Below are positions 46,035-57,676 of a DNA stretch of 64,000 nucleotides, one piece after another. Each line of letters opens with the position of its first letter. The stretch's first letter is position 1. A program made the translations under genes and the position numbers. The DNA is from Candidatus Eiseniibacteriota bacterium (lineage in GTDB: Bacteria; Eisenbacteria; RBG-16-71-46): positions 1,184,001 through 1,248,000 of the forward strand of contig CAVSAC010000012.1 in the NCBI GenBank assembly GCA_963725865.1, given 5' to 3'. The notes below the pieces were generated by a model that saw only the letters and a program-made list of their open reading frames with translations, did no database searches and had not been told where the DNA came from.

Positions 46035-46063
46035 TTTATAGCACACGGGCGCGGGGCCGTCAC
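46035..46063 (-). promoter_or_regulatory. promoter of tRNA-Arg
   Basis: GTGACG-N17-TATAAA with extended TG and a GC-rich discriminator. Confidence 0.6.
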
Positions 46064-46165
46064 GCTCCGCCCCCGGCGCGGGTGCGGTCGGCCGCGGCGC
46101 GGCCGGCGTGACCCGCGACCGCCGCGCGCGTACCGCCCCGCGACCGCTCCCACCCTGGACCGGCG

Positions 46166-47377
46166 TCATCGATCCGGCCCAGCCTCGCGACCCAGCACGC
46201 GCAGCACCTCGTTCACGTCCTTGTCGCCGCGGCCGGACAGGTTGACCAACACGCGCGCGTCGCGCCCCAGCGCGCGGCCCTCGCGCAGCACCCAGGCGAT
46301 CGCGTGCGCGCTCTCGAGCGCCGGCAGGATGCCCTCGAGGTGCGAGAGGCTCTCGAACGCGGCGATTGCCTCGTCGTCGGTGGCGCTGGCGTACTCGGCC
46401 CGCCCCTGGTCGGCGAGCCAGGCGTGCTCGGGGCCGAGCGCCGGGTAGTCGAGCCCGGCGGAGACCGAATGGGTCACGCGTACCATGCCGCGCCCGTCCT
46501 GCAGGATCAACGTGCGCGTGCCGTGGAGCACGCCGACGCTGTGCTCCGGGATCCGCGCCGCGTGCCTGCCGCTCGCGAGCCCGAGGCCACCCGCCTCGAC
46601 CCCGACCTTGCGCACCGACGGCTCGTCGAGGAACGCGTGGAACAGCCCGATCGCGTTGCTGCCCCCACCGACGCAGGCGACCAGGACGTCGGGCAGCCCG
46701 CCGGCGGCGGCGGCGAACTGGCGTCGCGCCTCCTCGCCGATCACCCGGTGGAAGTCGCGCACCATCGTCGGGAACGGATGCGGGCCGAGCACCGAGCCCA
46801 GCACGTAGTGGGTGTCGCGCACGTTCGTGACCCAGTCGCGCAGCGCCTCGTTGATCGCGTCCTTGAGCGTGCGGCTGCCGGCGTCCACTTCGCGCACGTC
46901 GGCACCCAGCAGCTTCATGCGCTCGACGTTGAGGTGCTGGCGGCGCGCGTCCTCGACGCCCATGTACACCGTGCACGACAGCCCGAAGCGCGCGGCGGCC
47001 GCCGCGGTCGCCACGCCGTGCTGCCCCGCGCCGGTCTCGGCGATCACGCGCGGCTTGCCCATGCGGCGCGTGAGGAGGCATTGGCCGATCGTGTTGTTGA
47101 TCTTGTGCGCGCCCGTGTGGAGCAGGTCCTCGCGCTTGAGGAACACCCGACAGCCCGCCTGCTCGCCGAGCCGCAGCACCTCGAGCAGCGGGGTCGGCCG
47201 GCCGGCGAAGTCGCGGAGGGTGGCGGCGAGCTCCGCGGTGAACGCGGGGTCCGCTTGCGCGCGCGCGTACTCGGCGCTCAGCTGGTCGAGCGCCAACACC
47301 AGCGTCTCGGGCACGAAGCGCCCGCCGTAGGGTCCGAAGTGTCCGGTCGCGTCAGGCCCGCTGGTCGAAGCCGGCAT
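46166..47377 (-). CDS. trpB: tryptophan synthase beta chain (TrpB1 type)
   Basis: [41 protein letters not shown] and NLSGRGDKD. Confidence 0.97.
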   Translation of the reverse strand: MPASTSGPDATGHFGPYGGRFVPETLVLALDQLSAEYARAQADPAFTAELAATLRDFAGRPTPLLEVLRLGEQAGCRVFLKREDLLHTGAHKINNTIGQCLLTRRMGKPRVIAETGAGQHGVATAAAAARFGLSCTVYMGVEDARRQHLNVERMKLLGADVREVDAGSRTLKDAINEALRDWVTNVRDTHYVLGSVLGPHPFPTMVRDFHRVIGEEARRQFAAAAGGLPDVLVACVGGGSNAIGLFHAFLDEPSVRKVGVEAGGLGLASGRHAARIPEHSVGVLHGTRTLILQDGRGMVRVTHSVSAGLDYPALGPEHAWLADQGRAEYASATDDEAIAAFESLSHLEGILPALESAHAIAWVLREGRALGRDARVLVNLSGRGDKDVNEVLRVLGREAGPDR

Positions 47378-48017
47378 CGCACTCCCTCACCGCAGCGACG
47401 AAGCGCCGCATTCGATCGTGGTCCTTGACGCCCGGCGCGGATTCGAGCCGCGACGAGGCGTCCACTCCGAACGGCCGCACCTGCTCGAGCGCCGCGGCCA
47501 CGTTCTCTTCCGACAGCCCGCCCGCCAACATCACCGCGCGGCCGCGCGCCAGCGCCGCCGCCTCGTGCCATGGATAGGGCCGCCCCGTGCCGCCCGCCAG
47601 CGTCGGGTGCGAGGTGTCGAGCAGCACCAGCGACCCCGCCCCCGGCAGCGGTCCCGCGATGCGTCCGCTCGGCTCGACCGGCACCGCGAAGGCGACCGGC
47701 AGCGGGAAGTCCGCCGGCCACTCGCCCGGGTCCACGCGATGGAGCTGCACGCGGGCCGCGCCGATCCGCCCGGCCAGCGCCAGCGCCTCGTCGGGCCATG
47801 GCGTGACCATCACCGCCACCGCCGTGCGAGCTCCGCTCGCGGCCACGATCTCGGCGGCCAGCGCGACGTCGACGCGACGGGGACTGCTGCCCTTCACGAT
47901 GATGCCGAGCCAGTCCGCTCCCGCCGCGAGCGCGGCCTGCGCGTCCGCGAGCCGGGTGATCCCGCACACTTTCACGATCGTGTGATGCGCGGCGCGAGGC
48001 TCCGGTGCGGACGACAC
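47352..48017 (-). CDS. trpF: phosphoribosylanthranilate isomerase
   Basis: VKVCGIT, VQLH, GGTG, LAGGL and GVDASSRLE. Confidence 0.9.
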   Translation of the reverse strand: MSSAPEPRAAHHTIVKVCGITRLADAQAALAAGADWLGIIVKGSSPRRVDVALAAEIVAASGARTAVAVMVTPWPDEALALAGRIGAARVQLHRVDPGEWPADFPLPVAFAVPVEPSGRIAGPLPGAGSLVLLDTSHPTLAGGTGRPYPWHEAAALARGRAVMLAGGLSEENVAAALEQVRPFGVDASSRLESAPGVKDHDRMRRFVAAVRECDAGFDQRA

Positions 48018-48032
48018 GGGGCGGGCCGCGCG

Positions 48033-48842
48033 TCAGCCGCGGGCGGCGGCGATCAGGGTGGCCAGCAACGCGGCGGGATCGGGGCTCACCATGAGCGCCT
48101 CGCCGATCAGCACCGCGTCGCAGCGCGTCGCGCGCAGGCGCCCGAGGTCGGCGGGGCTCGAGATCCCGCTCTCGGCCACCGCGGTCACCATGCGAGGCAC
48201 CCGCGGCAGCAGGCGCAGCGAGGTCTCGAGCGAGACCTCGAACGTGCGCAGGTCGCGGTTGTTGATGCCGACCAGCGTGGCACCGGCGCGCACCGCCCAC
48301 GTGAGCTCGTCCTCGGTGTGCACCTCCACCAGGCAGTCGAGGCCCAGCAGTCGCGCCTCGGTGATCAGGCGCTGCATCTCGGTCTCGCTCAGCAGGGCAG
48401 CCAGCAGCAGCACCGCGTCGGCCCCGCGGGCGGCCGCGTCGAGCACCTGGTAGGGGTCGACCACGAAGTCCTTCATGAGCAGCGGCAGGCTCACCGCCGG
48501 GCGCACCGCGTCCATCCATTCCGGATCGCCCTGGAAGTGGTCGGGCTCGGTCACCAGCGAGACCGCGGCCGCACCGTGCGCCGCGTAGAGCGTGGCCTGC
48601 GCGACCGGGTCGACGTCGCTCCGGAGCATGCCCCGCGAGGGGGAGGCGCGCTTCACCTCGCACAGCAGCCGCAGCGGCTGGTCCGCGCCGCCGCGCCGCA
48701 GCGCGCGCTCCAGGCGGCCGGCCGGCTCGATGGTGGTGAGCCGCGCACGCAGCACGTGCGGCGGCGTCCGCAGCCGGGCCTCCGCCACGCGCCGTCGCCG
48801 GTCTTCGGCGATGCGCGCGAGGACGTCCCCGCCGGTGGCCAT
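48033..48842 (-). CDS. trpC: indole-3-glycerol phosphate synthase
   Basis: EVKRASPSRG, KDFVVD, LVEVH, GINNRDL and AESGI. Confidence 0.95.
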   Translation of the reverse strand: MATGGDVLARIAEDRRRRVAEARLRTPPHVLRARLTTIEPAGRLERALRRGGADQPLRLLCEVKRASPSRGMLRSDVDPVAQATLYAAHGAAAVSLVTEPDHFQGDPEWMDAVRPAVSLPLLMKDFVVDPYQVLDAAARGADAVLLLAALLSETEMQRLITEARLLGLDCLVEVHTEDELTWAVRAGATLVGINNRDLRTFEVSLETSLRLLPRVPRMVTAVAESGISSPADLGRLRATRCDAVLIGEALMVSPDPAALLATLIAAARG

Positions 48843-48850
48843 GACTCCCC

Positions 48851-49858
48851 CTATCCGCGGAACGCGGCGAGCTCGCCGAGCTTGGCCGTCGCAGCTCCGC
48901 TGTCGATCGCCTCGGCCGCGCGCCGGACGCCGGCCGCCAGATCGTTCGCCACCCCGGCGACCACCAGCGCGGCACCCGAGTTGAGCAGCACGATGTCGCG
49001 GGCCGCGCCGCGCTCGCCCTTCAGCACGCGGCGGATGAGGGCGGCGTTGGCCGCCGCGTCGCCGCCGGTCACCTGGCTGCGGTCGGTGTGCGCGAGGCCC
49101 AGCGCCGCGGGATCGACCTCGAACTCGCGCAGCTCCCCGCCCACCAGCTCGGCCACGTGGTTCTTCTCGAACACCGAGAGCTCGTCGAGCCCGTCGTGGC
49201 CGTGCACCACCCACGCGTGCTCGCTGCCGAGGATGCGCAACACCTCCACCACCGGGTGCACGAGGTTGTCGGTGAACACGCCCAGGAGTTGCCGCTTCGC
49301 TCCCGCCGGATTGGTCAGCGGGCCCAGCACGTTGAACACCGTGCGCACGCCGATCTCGCGGCGCGCCGCGTTCGCGTGGCGCAGCGCGGTGTGGTAGTTG
49401 GGCGCAAACAGGAACGTGATGCCGAGCAGGTCCAGCGAGCGGCCGGCGTTCTCGGGCGTCAGGTCGATCGTCACTCCGAGTGACTCGAGGACGTCGGCGC
49501 TGCCGGTGCGGCTCGAGACCGCCCGGTTGCCGTGCTTGGCGACCGCCACGCCGCAGGAGGCGGTCACCAGCGCCACGGTGGTCGAGATGTTGAACGTGCC
49601 CGCGTTGTCGCCACCGGTGCCGCAGGTGTCGAGCAGCGGCGTGCGCCGCGTGCGGATCACCGGCAGCCGCGCGCGCATCGCCTGCGCGAGCCCCGCGATC
49701 TCCTCGGCGGTCTCGTGCTTCATGCGCAGCGCCACGGCCAGCGCCGCGATCTGCGCCGCCGTCGCCTCGCCCGCGAGGATCTGGTCCATGGTGGCCCGGC
49801 ACAGCTCGATCGGCAGGTCCTCCCGCTGGACGGCCTTGGCGATGGCGGACACGATCAC
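48851..49858 (-). CDS. trpD: anthranilate phosphoribosyltransferase
   Basis: [28 protein letters not shown] and GLDE. Confidence 0.96.
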   Translation of the reverse strand: MIVSAIAKAVQREDLPIELCRATMDQILAGEATAAQIAALAVALRMKHETAEEIAGLAQAMRARLPVIRTRRTPLLDTCGTGGDNAGTFNISTTVALVTASCGVAVAKHGNRAVSSRTGSADVLESLGVTIDLTPENAGRSLDLLGITFLFAPNYHTALRHANAARREIGVRTVFNVLGPLTNPAGAKRQLLGVFTDNLVHPVVEVLRILGSEHAWVVHGHDGLDELSVFEKNHVAELVGGELREFEVDPAALGLAHTDRSQVTGGDAAANAALIRRVLKGERGAARDIVLLNSGAALVVAGVANDLAAGVRRAAEAIDSGAATAKLGELAAFRG

Positions 49859-50445
49859 GCGCGTTCACTCCTCTGCTGGCGACACAGCGTCAGGAAGTTC
49901 TCGATCAGGCGCAGCCCCTGGCGGGTCAGCACCGACTCGGGATGGAACTGTACACCCCAGGTCTCGTGCTCCTTGTGCTTGAGGCCCATGACCTCCCCCT
50001 CGGGCGTCCACGCCACCACGTCCAGCACCTCGGGAAGCGACTCGCGCTCCACGATGAGCGAGTGGTAGCGGGTGGCCTCGAACGGGTTGTCGAGGCCCGC
50101 GAACAGCCCGCGGCCCCGGTGCAGGATCGGGCTGGTCTTGCCGTGCATCAGCCGCGCGGCCCGGACCACGCGCCCGCCGTACACCTCGCCGAGGCCCTGG
50201 TGGCCGAGGCACACGCCCAGCACCGGCACCTTTCCCGCGAAGCGGCGGATCGCGTCCTCGGAGATCCCGGCGTCCTTGGGCTCGCCGGGTCCGGGCGAGA
50301 TCACCAGGCCGTCGACCGGCAGCTTCAACAGCGCGTCCACCGCGATCGCGTCGTTCCGCCACACCTCGAGCTCGGCGCCGAGCGTGCCCAGGTACTGGAC
50401 GAGGTTGTAGGTGAAGGAGTCGTAGTTGTCGATGACCGCGATCAT
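49855..50445 (-). CDS. trpG: anthranilate synthase component II (glutamine amidotransferase)
   Basis: [28 protein letters not shown] and QFHPES. Confidence 0.95.
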   Translation of the reverse strand: MIAVIDNYDSFTYNLVQYLGTLGAELEVWRNDAIAVDALLKLPVDGLVISPGPGEPKDAGISEDAIRRFAGKVPVLGVCLGHQGLGEVYGGRVVRAARLMHGKTSPILHRGRGLFAGLDNPFEATRYHSLIVERESLPEVLDVVAWTPEGEVMGLKHKEHETWGVQFHPESVLTRQGLRLIENFLTLCRQQRSERA

Positions 50446-51908
50446 GGCTGTCCCCGCTCGGCGCGCTGCACCGCGATCCAGAGCGCTCGACCCTTGTTGA
50501 GCGTCTCCTCCCATTCCTGCTCGGGGTCGGAGTCGGCCACGATGCCGGCGCCCACGCCCCAGTGCGCGCGGCCGTTCGCGTACACGACGGTGCGGATGGC
50601 GATCGCGAGGTCGAGGTTGCCGTGGTAGTCGAAGTGCCCGACCGCGCCCGCGTACACCCCGCGGCGCATCGGCTCGAGGTCCTCGATGATCTCCATGGCG
50701 CGCACCTTGGGCGCGCCCGACACCGTGCCCGCGGGGAAGCACGCGCGGACCACGTCGAGCGGCGTCAGCCCGGCGCGCGCGCGCCCGCGCACGTTGGACA
50801 CCAGGTGCATCACCTGGGAGTAGCGTTCGACCAGCATGTACTCGTTGGTCTCGACCGAGCCGAACTCGCAGACGCGGCCGATGTCGTTGCGACCCAGATC
50901 CACCAGCATCACGTGCTCGGCGCGCTCCTTCTCGGACGCTCGCAGCTCCTCCTCGAGCCGGCGGTCCTCCTCGGGAGTGCGGCCGCGCGCACGCGTGCCG
51001 GCGAGCGGCCGCACCTCGACCAGGCCCTCGGTGCGACGCACCAGCACCTCGGGGCTCGAGCCCACCAGCGCGAAGTCGCCCATGCGGAGGAAGTACATGT
51101 AAGGGGACGGATTGGTGACGCGCAGCGCGCGATAGCCCTCGAACGCCGGCTGGCTCACCGGCGCGCTCATGCGATGCGACAGCACGACCTGGAAGATGTC
51201 GCCGGCGCGGATGTGCTCCTTGGCGCGCTCCACCGCCGCCATGAAGCCCACGCGCGTCGAGGTCGACACCGGCTCTCCCGGGGACGGTCCCGCGACGGGC
51301 TCGCTCCAGTCGAGCGGGCGGCGCAGGCGCGTGACCTCGCCCTCGATGCGCCCGACCGCGGCGTGCCACGCGGCGTCGGGATCGCCGCCGCCGCGCGCGT
51401 GGGTGACGACCTTGAGCGTGTGCGTGAGGTTGTCGAACACGCTCACCACGTCGCCGAACAGGAACACGGCGTCGGGCAGCCCCACGTCCTCCTTGTCGCC
51501 CGCCGGGATGCGCTCGTACCAGCGCACGGTGTCGTAGCCGAGGTAGCCGACCGCGCCGCCGCAGAACTTCGGCAGCCCGGGCAGCGCGACCGCCTGGTGC
51601 TGCTGGAGCAGCTCGCCGAGCTCCACCAGCGGATGGCGCGCGAGCGGCGTCGTGGCCCCGTCGCGGATCACCTCGCAGCGATCGCCGCGCGCGACGAACA
51701 CCAGCGACGGGCGGCTGCCGAGGATCGAGTAGCGGCCCCACTTCTCGCCGCCCTCCACGCTCTCGAGCAGGAATCCGTACGGGCCGTCGTCGATCTTGCG
51801 GAACGCCGAGACCGGCGTGTCGTGGTCCGCGAACACCTCGCGGTAGACGGGGACCAGCCGGCCCCCCTTCGCGAGCGCGCGGAACTCGGAGAGCGACGGG
51901 ACGATCAT
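50442..51908 (-). CDS. trpE: anthranilate synthase component I
   Basis: [34 protein letters not shown] and [10 protein letters not shown]. Confidence 0.95.
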   Translation of the reverse strand: MIVPSLSEFRALAKGGRLVPVYREVFADHDTPVSAFRKIDDGPYGFLLESVEGGEKWGRYSILGSRPSLVFVARGDRCEVIRDGATTPLARHPLVELGELLQQHQAVALPGLPKFCGGAVGYLGYDTVRWYERIPAGDKEDVGLPDAVFLFGDVVSVFDNLTHTLKVVTHARGGGDPDAAWHAAVGRIEGEVTRLRRPLDWSEPVAGPSPGEPVSTSTRVGFMAAVERAKEHIRAGDIFQVVLSHRMSAPVSQPAFEGYRALRVTNPSPYMYFLRMGDFALVGSSPEVLVRRTEGLVEVRPLAGTRARGRTPEEDRRLEEELRASEKERAEHVMLVDLGRNDIGRVCEFGSVETNEYMLVERYSQVMHLVSNVRGRARAGLTPLDVVRACFPAGTVSGAPKVRAMEIIEDLEPMRRGVYAGAVGHFDYHGNLDLAIAIRTVVYANGRAHWGVGAGIVADSDPEQEWEETLNKGRALWIAVQRAERGQP

Positions 51909-53605
51909 CGGGCGTGCGACCGGGTCGGGGTGGCGCCGAGCAGCTCGAGCGCCTGGCGGCGGGTCGTCGCGCTCGCCCGGTCGCCGGCCAGCATGCGCGA
52001 GAGCTCGTCCACGCGCGACTCGCCCGCGACGGGCTCGATGCGGGCGACGGTGCGCCCGGCGGCGACGTGCTTGGAGACGCGCAGGTGGTGACTGGCGAGA
52101 GCGGCGATCATGGGCAAGTGGGTGACGCAGATGACCTGACGGCGCTCGGCGAGCGAACGGAGGCGCTCTCCGACCGCCTGGGCGACCGCCCCGCCGATGC
52201 CGGAATCTACTTCATCGAAAAGCAGAAGGTCAACGCAGTCTTGGGCTTCCAGCGCCGACTTGAGAGCGAGCATGACGCGCGAGAGCTCGCCTCCCGAGGC
52301 GATCCGCGCCAGCGCCCGGGCCGCCTCGCCAGGATTCGCGGTGAAGCGCATCTCGATCGTGTCGAGCCCCGCGGGTCCGAAGTGCGCGGGCTCCGCGGGC
52401 GCCGACTCCACCGCGAACTCGAGCAGCGCGTGACCGAAGCCGAGCGGCTTCAGCTCGTGCGTGATGCGGCTGCCCCAGGTGTGCGCCGCCTCGCGCCGGC
52501 GCGCGCTCAGCGCGCGGCCCGCCGCCGCGCAGGCGGCGCGCGCGGCGGCGGCCGTGGCGCGCGCCCGCGCGCGGGCGCCCTCGGCGTCCTCGCCGGTCGC
52601 CAGCTCGCACGCGATCTCCTCGCGCCACCGCAGCAGCGCCGGCACGTCGCGGCGGTACTTGCGCACGAGCCGCGCGATCAGGTCGCGGCGCGCCTCCAGC
52701 CCCTCGAGTGCGCGCGGGTCGGCCTCGAGCGAGGCGGCGTAGTCGGCCAGCGTGCGCGCCGCCTCGGTGGCGGCGATCCGCGCCTCCGCGATCGCCGGCA
52801 ACGTGTCGGCGAGGCTCGGATCGATCGCGGCGGCCTGTTCCAGCGCGTGCGCGGCCACCGCCAGCGCGTCGACCGCCGGCGCGTCGCCATCGCTCAGACG
52901 CGCCAGCGCGCCGCTCACCAGCTCGCGCAGGCGATCGGCGTGCTGCAGGCGCGCCGCTTCGCGCGCCAGCTCCTCCTCCTCGCCCTCCACCAGCCGCGCG
53001 TCGTCCAGCTCGCGCCCGGCGCCCAGCAGGTAGTCGCGGCGCTCGGCGTAGGTGGCGAGCGACTGCTCGAGCAGCGCCAACTCTCGCTCGGCCGCTCGAT
53101 GCTGCGCGAGCGCCGCGTCCCACGCGCCGCGCTCGACGTCGAGGCGCGCGAGGCGGTCGAGCGTCTCGATGCCGGCGCCGGGACGCAGCAGGCTCTGGTG
53201 CTCGTGCTGGCCGTGCAGGTCGATGAGCAGCTCGCCGAGTTGCTTGAGCGCCGTGAGCGTGACCGGCGACTGATTCACGCTCGCGCGGCTCTTGCCGCCG
53301 GCCTGCACCTCGCGTCGCACCACGAGCGCCTCCTCCTCGGCCTCCATCCCCCAGCTGACGAGCAGCGCGCGCACCCGCGCGGCGGTCTCGCCGGCGGGAC
53401 TGAATTCACCCTCGATCACCGCCGCTCGGGCCCCATCGCGCACCGCATCGGCGTCGGCACGGCCGCCCACCAGCAGGCTCGCCGACTGCACCAGCAGCGA
53501 CTTGCCCGCGCCGGTCTCGCCCGTGACCACGTTGAGCCCGGGGCCGAACTCGACCTCGGCGCGCTCCACCAGGGCGAGGTCGCGAATGGTCAGGCGTTCG
53601 AGCAT
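51905..53605 (-). CDS. recN: DNA repair protein RecN
   Basis: [35 protein letters not shown] and CVTHLP; TACACT 7 nt before the ATG. Confidence 0.95.
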   Translation of the reverse strand: MLERLTIRDLALVERAEVEFGPGLNVVTGETGAGKSLLVQSASLLVGGRADADAVRDGARAAVIEGEFSPAGETAARVRALLVSWGMEAEEEALVVRREVQAGGKSRASVNQSPVTLTALKQLGELLIDLHGQHEHQSLLRPGAGIETLDRLARLDVERGAWDAALAQHRAAERELALLEQSLATYAERRDYLLGAGRELDDARLVEGEEEELAREAARLQHADRLRELVSGALARLSDGDAPAVDALAVAAHALEQAAAIDPSLADTLPAIAEARIAATEAARTLADYAASLEADPRALEGLEARRDLIARLVRKYRRDVPALLRWREEIACELATGEDAEGARARARATAAAARAACAAAGRALSARRREAAHTWGSRITHELKPLGFGHALLEFAVESAPAEPAHFGPAGLDTIEMRFTANPGEAARALARIASGGELSRVMLALKSALEAQDCVDLLLFDEVDSGIGGAVAQAVGERLRSLAERRQVICVTHLPMIAALASHHLRVSKHVAAGRTVARIEPVAGESRVDELSRMLAGDRASATTRRQALELLGATPTRSHAR

Positions 53606-53660
53606 GGGCGGCAGTGTACCCGATGGCCGATGGCCGCGGAGAGCCGGCGGCCACGCGCGT

Positions 53661-54431
53661 TCACGGCAGCCGCCGCCAGTGCGTGGGCGGCAGCACCACC
53701 GCGAGCGCGCGGCCCTGCAGCGTGTGGGGGCCGGCGAGGCACAGCGTGGGTGCGGCGCCCGCCGCGTCCCCGCCCAGCTCGAGCAGGCACGCGCCCTCCG
53801 CGAGCGCCAGCGGGCGAAGCACCACGAGGTGCTCGACCTCGGGTACTCCCGCGATCCCGGCGGTCAGCACCCGGGCGTCAGGTGCGATGGCCAGCGTGTC
53901 CGGTCCGAGCGCGAGGATGCGGCCGATGCGTCGGACCCCGGCGTGGCCGGTGACCTCAATGACGACCAGGCGCCCGAGCCGTGGGGTGGCCGGCCGCCGC
54001 TCTACGAGCACGCGATCGCCTTCCATCAGCGGTGCCGGCACGGCGCCCGCGCAGGCTTCGATGCGGTAGGGAGTGAGCGCCATCGCGAGCCGCGCGACCG
54101 ACTCGGCCTTCGCGACCAGCACCACCAGCGCGATCAGCAGCCCCGCGACGAGCGACCACGAGACCAGCGGCTGCGGCTCGATCGGGCGTGCATCGAGCGG
54201 CGGACGCTCGGGCGGCGCGGGGATCGCGGCGGCCGTGGATGCCTCCGCGCCGGTCGCCTCCTCGTCGGGCCCGCGCAGCAGCGCCGAGGCCATCATCACG
54301 ATCCCGCCGAGCACCAGCGCGACGCGCAGCGCGACAGGCGCGTCGGTGGCCCCGGCCGCGGACCCCAGCAACGCGATCCCGACGACGAGCCGCTGGACGC
54401 GCTTCGAGGCGCGGGGCCGGTCCTGGTTCAT
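53661..54431 (-). CDS. membrane protein with degenerate S26 signal-peptidase-like domain
   Basis: TMs, then PLMEGDRVLVER...PRLGRLVVI...RIGRILALGPDT...LQGRALAVVLP, resembling SPase I boxes without the Ser/Lys dyad. Confidence 0.5.
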   Translation of the reverse strand: MNQDRPRASKRVQRLVVGIALLGSAAGATDAPVALRVALVLGGIVMMASALLRGPDEEATGAEASTAAAIPAPPERPPLDARPIEPQPLVSWSLVAGLLIALVVLVAKAESVARLAMALTPYRIEACAGAVPAPLMEGDRVLVERRPATPRLGRLVVIEVTGHAGVRRIGRILALGPDTLAIAPDARVLTAGIAGVPEVEHLVVLRPLALAEGACLLELGGDAAGAAPTLCLAGPHTLQGRALAVVLPPTHWRRLP

Positions 54432-54468
54432 CGGGACCTCCTCGGGCGGTTGAAGGGGGACGACGGGG

Positions 54469-55338
54469 CTAGAAACTGCGCCGGGCACTTCCCTGCCAGC
54501 CGAGCTTGGCCTGGAGCGCGAGCGCGAACGGCCGCGCGGGATTCTGCACGCGGCGCACGGCGGCCTTGCCGAGCGCCAGCGTGACGAGGTCGCCGGGCTC
54601 GAGCTCGAACGCCTCCTGCCCGTCGTACAGCAGGGTCACGCGGTCGTAGGCGCCCAGCACGCGCACCTCCATCGGGTGGCCGGGGCTCAGCAGCAGCGAG
54701 CGGCTGCCGAGCGAGTGAGCGCACACCGGCGTCACCACCATCGCCTCGAGGCCGGGCTCCAGCAGCGGGCCGCCGGCCGACAGCGAGTAGGCGGTCGAGC
54801 CCGAGGCGGTCGCCGCGATGAGCCCGTCGGCGACCAGGTGGCCGAGGTCCTGACCGAGCGCGAACGTGCGCAGGTGGACCGCCTGGTAGCCGCTGCGGCT
54901 CTTGATCACCGCGTCGTTGATCGCGACCCCGCGCCGCACCACCTTGCCGCGTCGCCGCACCACCGCCGTCACCAGCCGCCGCGGGATCACCGGCCACTTC
55001 CCCGCCAGCGCGGCGGCGATCGCCTTGTTCGTCTCCTGCGACTCGGCCACGGTCAGGAAGCCGAGCCCGCCGTGGTTGAGCGCGAGCAGCGCGCCGGAAT
55101 GGCCGGCCAGCGCGCGGCCGCCGGCGAGCGCGGTGCCGTCGCCGCCGAGCGTGATCATCAGCTGGCACCAGGCGCCCAGCGAGCGCGGCGTGTAGCCGTC
55201 GCGCTTCATCGCCTCGGCGAGGTCGCGCGACAGGCGCACCTGGAACCGCCGCCGCGCGAGCGCAGTCGCCAGCCGGGCCGCGACGCGTCGCACCCCCGGC
55301 CGGCGGGAATGCCCCAGGATCGCGACGCGGCGGATCAC
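54469..55338 (-). CDS. nadK: NAD kinase
   Basis: LGGDGT, GLGFL, IND and DGLIAATASGSTAYSLSAGGP. Confidence 0.93.
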   Translation of the reverse strand: MIRRVAILGHSRRPGVRRVAARLATALARRRFQVRLSRDLAEAMKRDGYTPRSLGAWCQLMITLGGDGTALAGGRALAGHSGALLALNHGGLGFLTVAESQETNKAIAAALAGKWPVIPRRLVTAVVRRRGKVVRRGVAINDAVIKSRSGYQAVHLRTFALGQDLGHLVADGLIAATASGSTAYSLSAGGPLLEPGLEAMVVTPVCAHSLGSRSLLLSPGHPMEVRVLGAYDRVTLLYDGQEAFELEPGDLVTLALGKAAVRRVQNPARPFALALQAKLGWQGSARRSF

Positions 55339-55345
55339 GCGCGGC

Positions 55346-57235
55346 TCACGTGTGGAGGGCCTGGGTCTGGTGCACCCACGCGAGCGTGCGGCGCGCGATG
55401 CCGTCGGCATCGAGGCCGATGCTCGCGAGCAACTCGTCGCGCTTGCCGTGCAGCACGAACCGATCGGGCACGCCGAGGCGCAACTGCGCGGTGCCGGAGA
55501 GCATCAGGCGGTCGAGGCACTCGCTCACCGCGCTGCCGAAGCCGCCGGCGATGACGCCCTCCTCCACCGTGACCAGGCGCCCGACCGAGCGCGCGAGCCC
55601 GGCGACGAGGCCCTCGTCGAGCGGAGCGGCGAAGCGCATGTCGACCACGGTCGCCGAGACGCCCTGCGTGGCCAGAGTCTCGGCCGCCGCGAGCGCCGGC
55701 GCGACCATGGTGCCGAGCGCCAGGATCGCGACGTCGCCGCCGGCGCGCAGTTGCTCGCCCTTGCCGATCTCGAGCCGGCGCGGTTCGCGCGCGGGCAGCT
55801 CGTCGGGCACGTTCGCGCGCGGGTAGCGCACCGCGATCGGGGCGTGTCCGTCCCAGAGCGCGGCGGTCCACAGCATGTCCCGCAGCTCCTCGCCGTTGCG
55901 CGGCTGCATCACCACGGCGCCCGGGATCATGCGCAGGTAGGCGATGTCGAACACGCCGTGCTGCGGCGCGCCGTCGTCACCGACCAGCCCCGCGCGGTCG
56001 AGGCACAGCACCACCTTGAGGTCCTGCACCGCGACGTCGTGGATGATCTGGTCGATCGCACGCTGGAGGAACGTGGAGTAGATCGCCGTCAGCGGCGTGA
56101 GCCCGCCGGCCGACAATCCGGCCGAGAACGTCACCGCGTGCTCCTCCGCCATGCCGACGTCGAAGAACCGTTCGGGGAATCGCTTCGAGAACTCTTTGAG
56201 TCCGGTGTTGTCGGTCATCGCGGCGGTCACCGCGACCGTCTGCGGCAGGCGCTCGCCGATCAGCACCGCGGTCTCGCCGAACACCTGCGAGTAGGTCTTC
56301 TTCGTGCCCTTCGAGGCGGTGCCGGTGTCGGGGTCGAACACGCCCACGCCGTGGAACCGGGTGGAGTCGGACTCCGCGGGACCGTAGCCCTTGCCCTTGC
56401 GCGTGAGCACGTGGAGGAACACCGGCTCGTCGAAGCGCTTGAGGTCCGACAGCGTCTCCTCGAGCACGTCGAGATCGTGGCCGTCGATGGGGCCGAAGTA
56501 CTTGAAGCCCAGCTCCTCGAACAGCAGCCCCGGCACCACCAGGTTCTGGAGCCCCTCCTTCACCCGGCTCGCGCCCTGCTGCACCATCCAGCCCTTGGGC
56601 AACCGGCCGAGCAGCTCCCACACGTCGTGCTCGAAGCGGCGGTAGATGCGGCTGGTCGTGAGCTTGGTGAGGTAGCGGTGCAGCGCTCCGATGTTCGGCG
56701 AGATGCTCATCTCGTTGTCGTTGAGGATGACGATGAAGCGCTTGCGCAGCTCGCCGGCGTTGTTGAGGCCCTCGAACGCCATGCCGCCGGTGAGCGCGCC
56801 GTCGCCGATCACCGCCACCACGTGGTGCTTCTCGCCGCGCAGGTCGCGGGCGGCCGCGAATCCGAGTGCCGCGGAGATCGAGGTCGATCCGTGGCTGGTG
56901 CCGAACGGGTCGTGCTCGCTCTCGGCGCGCCGCGGGTAGCCGGCGATGCCGCCGAGCTGCCGCAGCGTGTGGAAGCCCTCGTAGCGGCCGGTCACCAGCT
57001 TGTGCGGGTAGGACTGGTGGCCCACGTCCCAGATGATCTTGTCGCGGGGCGAGTCGAACACCCGGTGGAGCGCGAGCGTCAGCTCGACCACGCCCAGGTT
57101 GGGCGCCAGGTGGCCGGCGTTGCGGGCGACCGTCTGGATCACGACGTGACGGATCTCGGCGGCCAGCGCCTCGAGCTGAGGGCGGGTCAGACCGCGCAGG
57201 TCGGCGGGCGAATGGATCTGTTCGAGCAGGCTCAT
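55346..57235 (-). CDS. dxs: 1-deoxy-D-xylulose-5-phosphate synthase
   Basis: GHLAPNLGVVEL, WDVGHQ, GDGALTGG, LNDNEMSI and IYSTFLQRA. Confidence 0.97.
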   Translation of the reverse strand: MSLLEQIHSPADLRGLTRPQLEALAAEIRHVVIQTVARNAGHLAPNLGVVELTLALHRVFDSPRDKIIWDVGHQSYPHKLVTGRYEGFHTLRQLGGIAGYPRRAESEHDPFGTSHGSTSISAALGFAAARDLRGEKHHVVAVIGDGALTGGMAFEGLNNAGELRKRFIVILNDNEMSISPNIGALHRYLTKLTTSRIYRRFEHDVWELLGRLPKGWMVQQGASRVKEGLQNLVVPGLLFEELGFKYFGPIDGHDLDVLEETLSDLKRFDEPVFLHVLTRKGKGYGPAESDSTRFHGVGVFDPDTGTASKGTKKTYSQVFGETAVLIGERLPQTVAVTAAMTDNTGLKEFSKRFPERFFDVGMAEEHAVTFSAGLSAGGLTPLTAIYSTFLQRAIDQIIHDVAVQDLKVVLCLDRAGLVGDDGAPQHGVFDIAYLRMIPGAVVMQPRNGEELRDMLWTAALWDGHAPIAVRYPRANVPDELPAREPRRLEIGKGEQLRAGGDVAILALGTMVAPALAAAETLATQGVSATVVDMRFAAPLDEGLVAGLARSVGRLVTVEEGVIAGGFGSAVSECLDRLMLSGTAQLRLGVPDRFVLHGKRDELLASIGLDADGIARRTLAWVHQTQALHT

Positions 57236-57676
57236 CAGGACATCCAGAACCAGAGGAGTGCGCTCAGGAGGCCCAGCAGGGCCCCCACCAGCACCTCCAG
57301 CGGCGTATGGCCGAGCAACTCCATCAGGCGGCCGGTCTCCGCCTCGGCGTGCTCGAAATGCTCGTCGATGAGCCGGTTGAGGATCGCGGCCTGGCGGCCG
57401 GCGGCGCGCCGCAGGCCGGCGGCATCGTACATGACGATGAGGCTGAAATACAGACTCACCCCGAACAGCGTCGAGGTGAACCCCTCCTTGATGCCGACCG
57501 CGGTGGTGAGCGCGCAGACCGCCGCCGAGTGGGCGCTCGGCATCCCGCCGGTCTCCACGAAGCGGCGGATGTTCCAGCGCCGCCGGCTCGCGAAGTACGC
57601 GAATCCCTTGAAACCCTGGACCAGCAATCCGACGATCAGCGCCAGCCAGAATGGTTCCGTGGTCCCTCCCCCCCAA
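57235..57676 (-). CDS. divergent PAP2 / DUF212 family protein; 5' end apparently frameshifted in a G7 run
   Basis: GGMPSAHSA, VMYDAAGLRRAAGRQA and LGHTPLEV; the RBS-preceded TTG at 57676 is out of frame by 1 nt; next in-frame start is TTG 57627. Confidence 0.8.
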
